From Eledone cirrhosa (Eukaryota), in assembly GCA_964016885.1 (NCBI GenBank), contig OZ024741.1, positions 300,576,001 to 300,640,000 on the forward strand: a stretch of 64,000 nt of DNA. The letters are read 5' to 3'. Below are positions 52,691 through 64,000 of this stretch, piece after piece. The translations under genes and the position numbers were made by a program. Every line of letters starts with the position of its first letter. Within the stretch, counting starts at the first letter, position 1. The notes beneath the pieces were generated by a model. That model saw only the letters and a program-made list of their open reading frames with translations, searched no databases and was not told where the DNA came from.

Positions 52691-55065
52691 ACGTCTCTCA
52701 GTATATTAAGCGTTAAACTATCATATTCTATTCCTTTTCTGTTTCGTTAAACTCAAGTAAAATCAACGCATATAATAGTGATATATTTGATGGGGTATAT
52801 TCCAAAATATTGGAGATTATCATCTCGTAAATGTTACAAAATTGATACCAAGATAAATAGTAGTCCTCGAAAAAATATCAAACCCTGTTCCGAATGATAT
52901 TTAAGATGTAAGGCGTTATTAAGCTATACTATTCGAATTGGAAACACAGCTGCATAAATTTACTTTAGTATTTTTCTACAACCCACCATCTACAAAATAG
53001 ATAGTAAAACCACTTGAAAGAGTCACTGTCATTGTCATTCTCTCTGTCAATATTCAAGAATATTAGTATGCTTGTCTGATCATACCATTGAAGTGTCTGA
53101 ATTTCTGGCAGTAGATATAGAACTGAAGGACAGTTTGTCATCTTTCATTTCTATTTACAAAACATCATGAAAACAATGAAATCTTATAAAGACAGGGCTG
53201 GGATTTCAATTACCATGTATTATGTAATATAACAATTGATATATAACGAATACTATGTATGCTAACACATTCAATCTATGTACAATATCTTCATCGCTTT
53301 GCAATGAATCAAATTAATTTTGGGACACAAGTAATTTCTTATGCATCGGCTGTATCGATTTTTATAGACACTAGAAGAATGAACGGCTTGTTACACGTCT
53401 ATATAGCATTATCTAAAACCAGTGTCATTTTCCACAGCTACTCCAAATTGGATATTGAGCAAATAAGCTCCTGTAGGACCAATCGAATCAACAAATATAT
53501 TAACTCGACTGTTTTTTACTTTATTATTTAATTCTATACTTGCTGTATATTAAAACATAAAGCTTTGGAGAATACAAAATGTTAAATAGAAAATTTAGCT
53601 ATATTAAATATATTATACTAATAGGAATATGGTATATTAATAGCAGCGAGCAACACATCATCGAAGGATTTGGTCATTTTGTAAATATCTGAGGCAATGA
53701 GAAAAAAAGCGCAATAAAAGTACTTACGTACGTAAAAATACGAGATGGCCTTAAGAATACATTTATATTTGCATGTTTCGTCACTATATATGTGTATATT
53801 TGAGTGATAATAAATTTCGATTTCTACTAAGATGCCCACTACTATTCAGTAAACCACGCACGTATCACTGCTAATAACACGCCTTTCAATTAATATATTA
53901 CATGATGGCAAATTTTCCGGAATATACCCTTGTGTCATTTCCATTTAATGTACAATATTGATTCGAATATATATATTTCATTCCTAGTGGTGGACCGTGT
54001 TAGAAACGAAAACTAAATATCAGATCTATGTAAGGAAACCTATACTGCTAAATTCCCAATGCACCTTGAATTATATCGAATTTAATTGGAGTCTTGATTT
54101 ATTCGAAAACATAATTATTATACCATTTGTATTTTATTTTTCTTTAACTTACTTTCAAATGATATATACGCTTGTCAAACCAAATGAAGGAACACAGAAT
54201 ATATCACGAGTGAGAATAACTGTTCAAGAATGGCAAGAAATAAAGGGAAAATAACATATGAGGACACATTCTTTAATACGCAATAAATATACACTGCAAA
54301 ATATAACAAAACCAAACAAAGAAACGAATGGAGAACAATTAATTTTGAAAATCACCTCAAATGAAAAAGAACAACAAATTTCGTTTCCTTCGTTTTTCTT
54401 GTTCTCCAATGAAAACAATTGTTACCATATTAGATGGCGAATACTGTAAATCACACAGAAATATACCAACATCCAAACTAACACCCAATCAGCAAAAATA
54501 CTCCCGAACTCACATACACATATATTCACACACACACACACATATATATATATACATGTGTGTGTGTGTGTGTTTGTATGTGTTTGGGTGTGTGTGTGTG
54601 TGTGCGTCTGTATGTGTGTGTGTGTGAGTGATATACAATCGAAGCGTCGAGTGAACTGAATTTCTTAAAAAATGTAGAGAATCTTGAACACAGAAATGTT
54701 TGTGAAAACAGTCCATTGCTATCAATAAGGGTTTAGAAAATCGAGTACAATACTCATATAGACGGGGAAATGTGGCCTGCAGCCGCTCCGCTTCAGGCAA
54801 ACAAACTCTGTACTTCTCACTATATACATATATCATTCTCCAAAACGGTTGATTGAATATGCACGGGTTTTTTTCTCAACAAGAATTTATACCATTCCTT
54901 CCTCTTCTCACTGTCTATCTTTCTTTTAATCTTTTATTTCTCATTCTATCTTCTGATGAAGGACCAGTGACCAAAACGTAAATCACTTTTTCTACTATAT
55001 CAAGCCTTAAACTAATATATTTCTGTTTCCTTTTTGCATACACACACGCACACATTTGCTTTTTA

Positions 55066-55300
55066 GGGCGGGCAAAATTCCAGAAATCCATGGACGAGTT
55101 TTCTCCAGAGGTCTCTCTCATTTATCATCGCCGCTATGTCCGGCGTCTCCCAGAAACCATTGTCTGTCTTTAGGGCATCAACACATGTCATCCTAGGTCT
55201 CCCACTTCCAGCGTGTCCGTATAGGGGCACCCACAGACCGACTAGTGCAGTGTCAGCTCTGAACCTTGCTGAGTATATCCAGTTAACCACAATTTCTTCT
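55066..55300 (-). pseudogene. RTE-like LINE C-terminal fragment
   Basis: LWVPLYGHAGSGRPRMTCVDALKTD...AAMINERDLWRKLV. Confidence 0.65.
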
Positions 55301-55769
55301 GTGTCACTTTCACTGTGTTTTTCACCATGTATATGTGTCAACAGAAATAACAACGTTAATGACACATTACTAATACTACTACTACTATTTTTATTTCGTG
55401 TCGTTACTGCATTACCGGGCACAGTTGTATTCACCATGGGTATGTGCAGTGCTTAGTAGTACTATTTTCTGTATGCTGTAGACATTTCTAAGTTCGAGGA
55501 TTTTGGTCAAATATATATATTCATTTTATTATTAACATTTTATGATTTATTATTATAGTCATTGTTTTGGTTTTCATAATCCACATTCGGGCTCTTTCTA
55601 TCTTCACATCTTTATATTTAGAAAAACAAAAATTTTACTTTGACTATAATATCCGGCCAGCTGTCTTTGATTTCCCTATCTGTGTGTATTTGAATATCAC
55701 AAAGTATGAATGCTTTGGCAGCTTTTCTAGTGATTGTTTCCCAAAATGCCCTGAATTGCTTTGAAAAAT

Positions 55770-57515
55770 AAGATGGTGGAAAACGGATTTTTTTCAGCAA
55801 TAGTAAAGGTGGTGCATTTAGACTGGTGACCGTCTATGCCCCCGACCGAGGCCGGGCGGCCGGATTACTTTAGGAGCCTGAAGGTTTTTCTGGGAATGTT
55901 TCGCCCTTTAATGTTATCGAAGGACTGAAACAGAATCTTAGACGCACGGTGGTATTGTGTGGGTGTAGCTGATAAGATCGGGGGCGCAAGAGCCTCAAGC
56001 ACCTGATGAACGAGTTTCATTGTCTGACAGGTACGAATTAGATTTCCCTAAAACACTAGTGTAGACCTGCTCCAACAGCATAGGATCATCTAGATCGTAT
56101 ATGGATACGTTTTTCATTAGGACAATAGAGAAGAATAGTACAGGTTGTCCACACTTTCGAATTGTCGCATATTCAGTTCTAAGTTTGTGATCTGTATGGT
56201 CGACCTAGATAAGGCTCGCAGTTTAGAACATGGTTACTAGAAGCTGAACAATTCATTTCCAAGAGAGGAAGCTGTTCCTGAAAGATTGCATGGAGGTGGC
56301 GTATGCGTACATCACGTCAATCATCAACTACCGCCTGGTCGTTGTGCCTTGCCCCCGTCCGCGCCTCGCTAAATTGGAACGGCTCCTCTTCAACTTTTTG
56401 TGGAAGCGACAGATTCTATTGATGAGGCGGTACATATGCTGCCAGCACCCTCTACATGGAGACTTGGGAATGCCGTGGGTAATGATGCGCAAACAGGTGC
56501 TGATGCTGCGGCATCTCCAGATATTCTGCCTAAACGGTGTATAGGTGTGGGCGCCGGTTGTCAGACGGGCTTATCCACAGCTCGTTTCTTCGACTGAGCT
56601 GCAGTCCTGGTCTACTGGGTGGCTGGCATGCTGCCAGGCACTCACTGCTCACTACCAGGTGGGTAATGTGGTCAATGCAACTTCCACTCTTGTGTTCTAT
56701 AGAGGATTAGTGGTGGGAAAGTGCGACGACACACTTGAAGAGGCCCTGGACGTCGACGAAGTCCAACTGACCAGTCTGTTCCGGAAGACTTTCGAGCCGG
56801 GGACAATAGATACCTTCCGGAAATCCCTCGCTTGGCAGTGCTACCGAAGGGCACTGCAGATTCGAGATAAACTCTGCAGGGACGGAAGTGTTGTCAAACG
56901 GACTGGCCCGAGATGCACCCAGAGCAACAAAACCATTGTCCGTGCATTACTGATTACCAGTGTTTGTGCATTATTATTCGTGGAGTTATGTCGCCCTTTT
57001 TGGCCAGGAAAGGCAGGCAGTTTTCCTCTGTCTGGTAGCAGGAGAAAAAAGGTTGCATGGTAAACCAGATTGAAAGGACGGAAAACAAGCACTTTTCTCT
57101 TCGGCCAATCCCTCATGAACCTTTTCAAGTTTCACTTGGAAAGGAAGTTTGAGGTGGAGAGAGAAGTGCATCACACCAGTATATTTGCTAAAAGGTGGGT
57201 ATGTGTGGCAATTTTGGCCCGTGTGCATGCGCCTGTCCTGAGCTTGCGTATGTAGGCTGGTTAATTTAAGAAGCAGAGTGGTGCCGTTCCCGGATGACCT
57301 CGAAGCGTTGGGTGGTTCAGGATTAGTGAGGTACCTGAGTTGACCATAGGTTGTTATGCTCGCTATTGGGAACTCTGTTTTTTTTTGTGTTTTTCTGTTT
57401 ATTTTGTTATTATCATTTATATGTATATATTAGTGTAATACCTACACTGTCCTCGTCTAAAGTACTGCCCCCTATATGTCGGCCCTGTGGACTATAAATG
57501 AAACATTATTATTAT
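55770..57515 (+). mobile_element. Degraded Tx1-type LINE with most of ORF2 deleted, same family as 17-22.9 kb
   Basis: An APE relic (GGAFRLVTVYAP) is joined near 56290 to EVAYAYITSIINYRLVVVPCP...SLAWQCYR. The 3' UTR ends CCCCTATATGTCGGCCC..TAAATGAAAC-(ATT)n. Confidence 0.9.
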
Positions 57516-57669
57516 TGTTTTATTTTCATTCATTGTTGTTTCTGAGATATATGCCGAGTGTCTTCCTGACACCTAGGGCAAAAATAAATTCACAATGTGC
57601 ATTGGTAAGCCAGTTAATACAGCACATTGATTATAATATAATAAAAATATTTAAAAAATTAAAATATAA

Positions 57670-60068
57670 TTATTATTATCATTATTATAGTTGCATTTAT
57701 CTTGCTTTATGTTCATACGAGTTATCACCAAGTCACAACCAGTGACCTCAAGAGACAACAAGGGCCGCCATGTTCAGGAAAGAATATACATACACACATA
57801 TGCATCTTTAGGTGTTTAGACTTGTGATGTACTTATATTGACAGAATCTTCCTTAGTATATGTGCAGTTCCCATTAGTACTATCTTTTGTATTTCTCCTA
57901 TACGCGGGTTTCCTGGGATTTGCTATAAGTAATCATTAGACCCCATAGGTATCATTCCTAGAGCGCCTACAACCACTGGTATTGTTTTAGTTCTCAATTT
58001 CTACATTTTTCCAATTTCTATCTCCAGGTCCTTATACTTGCTCAATTTTTCAAACGTTTTTATAGATACATTCTTGTCTATTGGAATGGACATATCAATT
58101 AGCAGGCATACCCTCTTTTTAAAGTCATTCAATATTATATCAGGTCTATTTGAATCTATTTTTCGGTGTGTTTGGATGCTAAAGTTCCACAAGATTGCGA
58201 TGTGATCTTTTTCAAGTATGGGAGGTCGTTGATGCTCCCACCAATTCTTTTGATGGGGCAGGTCAAAATGCTTACACATTATCCAATGTATGTATTGTGC
58301 AGCTCTATCATGCCTGTTTAGGTATTCGGTTGGAGCTATAAGACTGCACACTGAAATGATATGGTCAATGGTCTCTGGTTGTTGATTACATACACGGCAT
58401 AATGGGCTGCATCCATTTTTTATTATGTTGGCTTGGTAATTTTTTGTTGGCAGACACTGATCTTGAGCTGATATAATCAGTCCTTCAGTATCCGATTTCA
58501 GTCCAGAGGATGCCAACCACTGATGGGTTAAAGTTTTGTCAACATCAGGATTGTTAGCTCGTTCTGGGTATTTTCCATACAGAGGCTTTTCTTGCCATTT
58601 CTTAGCCAGTTTCTGCAGCAGTTCTTTCTTTGCAGTTACTTTTACCTGCTTTGCTTTTTCTGTGTTTTCCATTTCAGCAGTAAATGGGACTTCTGAAATG
58701 TGTAGTCCATTACTGTATCTTTGTGAATCTTTTGTAATGATCTTTTGTATGATCTTTGAGGTTTCGTGTTTCAAAACGAGTTTGATCATCCAATCATATG
58801 ATTCACTTAGATATGTAGATAATCCAATTGTTGCAGTTTTCAACGCAATATCTAACTGGATTAACCCGAGACCTCCTTCTTTCCTAGGGAGATATATTCT
58901 ATCTGTATCTGACTAAGGGTGATGCATTCTGTGCATGGTTAAGAATTTTCTAATTTTTGTATCGAGCCTACGGATCTCTGTGCTTGACCAGTTGATGACA
59001 TTGTAACTGTAGGTTACTACTGGTATGGCAAGCGTGTTTATGGCATCGATCCTGTTCCTTACATTCAATTCCGTTCTTAAGATTTCTCTTACTCTGCGGT
59101 AACATTACTTCCTTATCCTTTCCCTCATTGTCGAGTGCTTGATTCCATCTCCGTCACAAACACTTAGATATTTGTAAGTTTCCTCTTGATCAAGTTCTCT
59201 TATCACATTCCCCCGATCAAGATTAATGTCTGAACTTTTCAGCAGCTTTCCTCTGGTGAACGTTGCTTTGGCGCATTTATCTAGTCCAAACTCCATTTTA
59301 ATGTCATCACTGAACTGCTCCACAGTGGATAATAGCCCTTGCAATTGTTCATCAATTTTTGCAAATAGTTTCAGGTCATCCATGTAGAACAAGTGATTAA
59401 TAGTTTTGTCATAGAATTTATATTCATGTTTTGTTTCATTGAGCATTTTACTTAATGGTATAAATGCGATGCAGAATAAAAGCGGTGATAAAGAGTCACC
59501 CTGAAAAATTCCACAATTAATATTAACTTCTCCAGCTTCCAGTGATTTGTTTTCACTGTTCAAAAGGAGCCTCCTGACAACGGGAGATATTTTGAAAATC
59601 TCTAAACATTTTTCAATCCAACTGTGTGGCAAACTATCGAATGCTTTTTTATAATCTATCCAAGCAATTAATAGATGTTTGTGTCTATTATGACAATCTT
59701 CCAATATCATTTTTGTTAACCAAAAGCTGATCCTTACAGCCATATGAGCCTCGTTTACACCCTTTCGGCTCATTGGGAAATAGGTAATTTGTTATCAGGT
59801 GGTCATATGTATATTTAGTTAGGACTAATGTTAAAATTTTATAAATTGTTGTCAAGCAAGTTATCGGTCTGTAATTTTTGGGATTGTTTGTCTCATCATT
59901 CTTCGGAAGCAGGAATGTAATGCCGTTAACTAGCCATGATGGTATCTTTTCTGTCTCCTTAACTATTTCATTGTAAAGTTGGGCTAACAGCTCATGAGAC
60001 TCTGTGAAGGCATTTATCCAAAAATGTTGTATTTTGTCTTTTCTTGGGGATTTCCATTTGCTGGTTTT
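57670..60068 (-). mobile_element. 5'-truncated R4/Dong-type non-LTR element (RT plus restriction-like endonuclease)
   Basis: WIDYKKAFDSLPH, GIFQGDSLSPLLF, YMDDLKLF, CRVCNQQPETIDHIISVC, RHD, NRPDII, IDMSIP, EKLSKYKDL and QKIVLMGTAHILRKIL. (TAA)n lies at both ends. Confidence 0.9.
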
Positions 60069-60087
60069 TATTATTATTATTATTATT

Positions 60088-60460
60088 TCATTTGAAAAGG
60101 AAAATCAGGGTAGAGAGGGGGTGCTCTCTTCCCATCTTTTTGTTGAAAGATGGGTGAGAGAGGCAAGAATGGCCCGAGTGATTGGACCTACTCTGAGTAT
60201 ATGCCTGTAAATTGAAGTTGGAAAACTGGGAGAGGACAATTGCCCTGGTGGTCAGGGTCACCGGGGCTTTTTTTAATAGGCTTTCTCCACGACGGCCATC
60301 GGGAGTTTCCCCGCTATTGGGGAATTTTTTCTTTGTTCTATTATTAGATCCTCTTTTTGGGGTTTTTTACACGCAGAAATTCCCATTTGTACCGTCCTGT
60401 ATTGTCCTGTACTGTCCTTAATGTCTACTTTGTGTAAACTCTTGTGGTTAATAAAGAAAG
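60088..60460 (+). mobile_element. Tx1-type LINE 3' end
   Basis: ERWVREARMARVIGPTLSICL* matches the ORF2 end KRWVNVARMARVNGPTL, followed by a 3' UTR, AATAAA and (ATT)n. Confidence 0.85.
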
Positions 60461-60479
60461 CATTATCATTATTATTATT

Positions 60480-63400
60480 GGCGACCTACGTAGTAAATCA
60501 TATTATTGTGAGCTCCGCAAAGGTTTGTTGTTTTCAGCTGTTTAAAATTGCCATTTATGGAAAATATTTGTTGTTAACTGTATATAAGTGCACATACATT
60601 GTTTTCTGAAAAGGACACTCAAAAAGATTGGGGCCTTGAGCCCAAAATTTAAACTTTTATAATTATCAAACAAAAATTTCTTTGAAAAAATCATGGCCGA
60701 CTCACAGTCACACCTTCCTCACAAACTAACACCTCACACCGACACCACCATTGTAAATATTACTACGTTTGCCAACACTAAAAATATAAGCAGTAGCAAT
60801 ATTTTAAATTTGTCTCAGGCAGACATTCATTTCCCGCCATTACCAATGACTGCAGGTGTTGAAGCCGCCACCCCACCACCACCACAGCAACAACAGAAAC
60901 AAAAGAAAAAAATAACTTATCTCGTGACATCAAAATGGATTCACCCAGAATGGACTCTTCCACACCGAACACCACTGACGCCACTACCACCACAACTGAA
61001 ACTAAAAATAACAATAACAAAAATAACAATAACAACAACAGCAACAACAACAATCAGAATAACAACCTGTCGTTTGCGAAGGCAGCCAAGAAATGCGAAA
61101 CAATCCAGGTAACTGAGGAGGAATTAGATGAAGCCAAGAGAATGGTAAAGAAAGATGGGTACAGGGTCAGCCACACCCCCCACCAAATAAAGTGGAGCAT
61201 CGGCGCCTATGCACTGTGTCTTATCGGTCGATTAACATAAAATAGCGCCGAGTGCAACGGGCATCCGAGTCCCAAATCCAAAAAGCTTTGGGACATGTGT
61301 GGGCAAAAAGACCACACATCAGACGTGGGCAAAAATATGGAACCGTGGACGTGTTCTTTAGAACACCACAGAATGTCAGAGAACACTCCATGGCCTCATT
61401 ACGAAGTGACGACTTCACACTCGTTCCAAGCTATTGTGGCCAGAGACTCGTGAAGATCAGGGTGACCCACGTTCCACCAGCCATCGAAATTCCCTGGATG
61501 CCGTCCTCGCCGGCATCAAAGCCAACTCCAAGATAATCGAAATAGCGAAAGAAAAGCAGTGGAACTGGTCCGGATCTGGGATGGAGCTCCTGATCCAAGC
61601 GGACTAAAAAAGCATTGAGATCCCAGAGGTAATAGACGACAGCCAACTCACCGTAATCGACGAGGTCAGAAGGCCTAGGTGTGTCGTTTGTGGTGAAGGA
61701 ACCCAACTATGGGCTTTCTGCCCTCCGGCTAAAAGGTTGAGGCCACCTCTCTTACCCACCCCAGTGACTCAACCATCAACACCACGAGCAGCAGAAATGG
61801 CAGCAACAATTGTAGCAGCAACCACAGAAGCAACTGTAACAGCAACAACCCAAGCAACAATAGCAGAACCAACACCACCACCACCCAACGCGCCAGAACT
61901 AGCTCCAGCGCCTACACCATCCACCACGCCACAACGAAAAACCAACGCCTATGGAGGATTTTCCACTCCACGACCTATCGCAACTGGAGACAGATTGTGA
62001 CGACGGGGAGTGGGAAACGGAATCAGGAAAAAAGAAAAAAAGAAAAAGAAGCCAAAAAAGAAAAAATCCACTTCCTTCCCCCTCCAAAAACAAAATACAG
62101 AGGGAAACAAATAAACTATCAGACAAAAAAGTTAAGACAGATATGCCACCATCCACACCAGCATCACCAACCCCATCACCACAAACACCGACACCATCAC
62201 CATCATTAACCCCAACACCACCATCCCAACACCACAAAAGTCACCAAAAAGCGAAACAGAAACAAACCCAGAACAAACGCAAACAAAACAAAACAACCAA
62301 AACGATACACACTATACAGCATTAAATTTGAACAAGAACCAATTATTACACTACATGCAACACAACACCAGCATCACAGAAAAGTATTACACAACACCCC
62401 AAGTTCACACTACCTCCACATACAAATCACTCGCATCACACAGAAAACGTACACGACACTAAAACAAAAATTGCCCAAAGACATCGGAAACTTCCGACAA
62501 GCACTCTCCAGGAGCATTTATGAGGACATCCTTCCTGAGGAGGCCACAAGCAGTGAAAAGGATGGGCAAACCATCCTTCCTCTACGAGAAGTAAGGTAAG
62601 TGGTCTTTCCCATCTTTTCCACTCCATTTCAACATGACCTCACTCAGAATAGGCAGCATAAATGCGCGTGGCTTGGGGTCATCATGGAAGCAGGGCCACC
62701 TGCTCAACGACCTCAGGTCACTAAACATAGATGTAGTGGCCATCAGCGAGACCAGAATCTCCGAAGCACGGGCCTTCGCACCGATCTTCGGTGGCTACGA
62801 TGTGTACGCATCTCCCAGCCGACCTGGATCGGGGGGAGGTTTGGATCTCGCCATACGGGCCATCTTCCTGGACCCAGAAGGTAAGTTGGTGGTGCTGGAC
62901 GGGACAGCGGAGACGGGAAAGCTTCCAGGCTAGTGGCCGTCTATGGCCCGACAGGAGCAGAGCGGCTTGATTTCTTCCGGCGTCTGGAGACCTTTCTTGG
63001 AATGTCCCGTCTTTAGTGTTAGTGAGCGACTGGAACGGGATCTTAGATGCACGCTGGAACCTGTGTGGGATTAGCGGATAGGAGAGGAGGGTGCAAGCGC
63101 CTCACCAACCTGCCCAGGCGTTTTGAACTGTCTGACAGGTACCGATTGGATATCCCGAATGTGCCAATGTGGACTTGGACAAACCGTATAAGGTCATCCA
63201 GATCATATCTAAATAGAGTAATTTGTAGGGAAATAGATGGGTCTAGCATTGGGTATCCACAATTCAAGATAGTCAGCTACACGGACCACAACTTCGTGAT
63301 CTGTGTGCTTGATTTAGATAGGCTTCATAGACGAGGACCCGGGTACTGGAAGCTAAACGCGTCCTTACCAGCGCGCGAGGCCTACAGAGACCGGATTAGC

Positions 63401-64000
63401 GAACTAGTTAAGCGGGCATTGACGGCGGCCATCATCAACAACAAGTGGTGGTTTGCTCTCAAAAGAGCTATTAGAATAGAGTTCATTAGGTATAGTAAGG
63501 CTTTAGCTATAGAAAAAAATAGAGCAGAGGGAGAACTAGTTCGAAAATTAGGCGAGGGGCTTAGCAAAGGCATCGCGACCGACGTACTTGCGGCGAAATT
63601 GCCCCTCGACTAATTCTTCAATGCAAAGCTCGAAGGCTGCGTTGTCAGAGCTAGGGTGCGTGCTCTCAGAGACGAGGGGACGAAAGCCGTTCAATGGGTC
63701 CGAGTGGCGTAGGGGCGTCGTGGCAACAAAGCCACGATCCGGTCTTTGGTGGACCACGACGGGCGCATGCTACTCGATCCTGGGCAAATGTGTGAAGCTT
63801 TTCAGCGACACTTCACTCAGCTGTTTGAGGGCAGCGGCGGGTCGGGTCGAGGGATGGACTTTAGTCTCTACCTCGACGGACTACCGCGACTTTCGGCCAC
63901 TGAGGCGGAGTGTTGCGAAAATCCGATAACAGCCGCTAAAATAGGAGGCAATGACTGGCTGCACAATGGGTAAATCGCCTGGTTTGGATGGTCTGCCCTA
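60480..64000 (+). mobile_element. Tx1-type LINE 5' part (degraded ORF1, ORF2 from 62634), running off the window
   Basis: LSFAKAAKK, RGQKYGTVDV, a decayed knuckle CVVCGEGTQLWAFC, then LRIGSINARGLGSSWKQG, YTDH, PGYWKLN and GKSPGLDGLP. Confidence 0.9.

Overview
AT-rich animal genomic DNA made almost entirely of transposable elements and microsatellites. I cannot support any host protein-coding gene. The tRNA-derived SINEs and the (TA)n/(CA)n load resemble octopus/coleoid DNA as I recall it, which is an inference. Three layers stand out. (1) A nested insertion: a Helitron Rep/Hel gene starting at 4591 is split by a Buster-type hAT element spanning 6348-28787, with matching TIRs and an identical 8-bp TSD ATTTAGAT. 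That hAT has swollen to 22.4 kb through a second hAT, a SINE, a near-complete L1/Tx1-type LINE, RTE elements and microsatellites. The Helitron reading resumes right after the second TSD. (2) A dense set of Penelope-like remnants with a shared layout of fold-back inverted repeat, type I hammerhead ribozyme and (TA)n tract. About a dozen hammerhead motifs are visible, four with intact cores (15658, 33729, 34699, 39647), two of them with long stem II. (3) A (TAA)n-associated cluster at 55.8-64 kb in which Tx1-like LINEs and an R4/Dong-type element sit in opposite orientations. All family assignments come from motif recognition by eye and have not been confirmed by database search.
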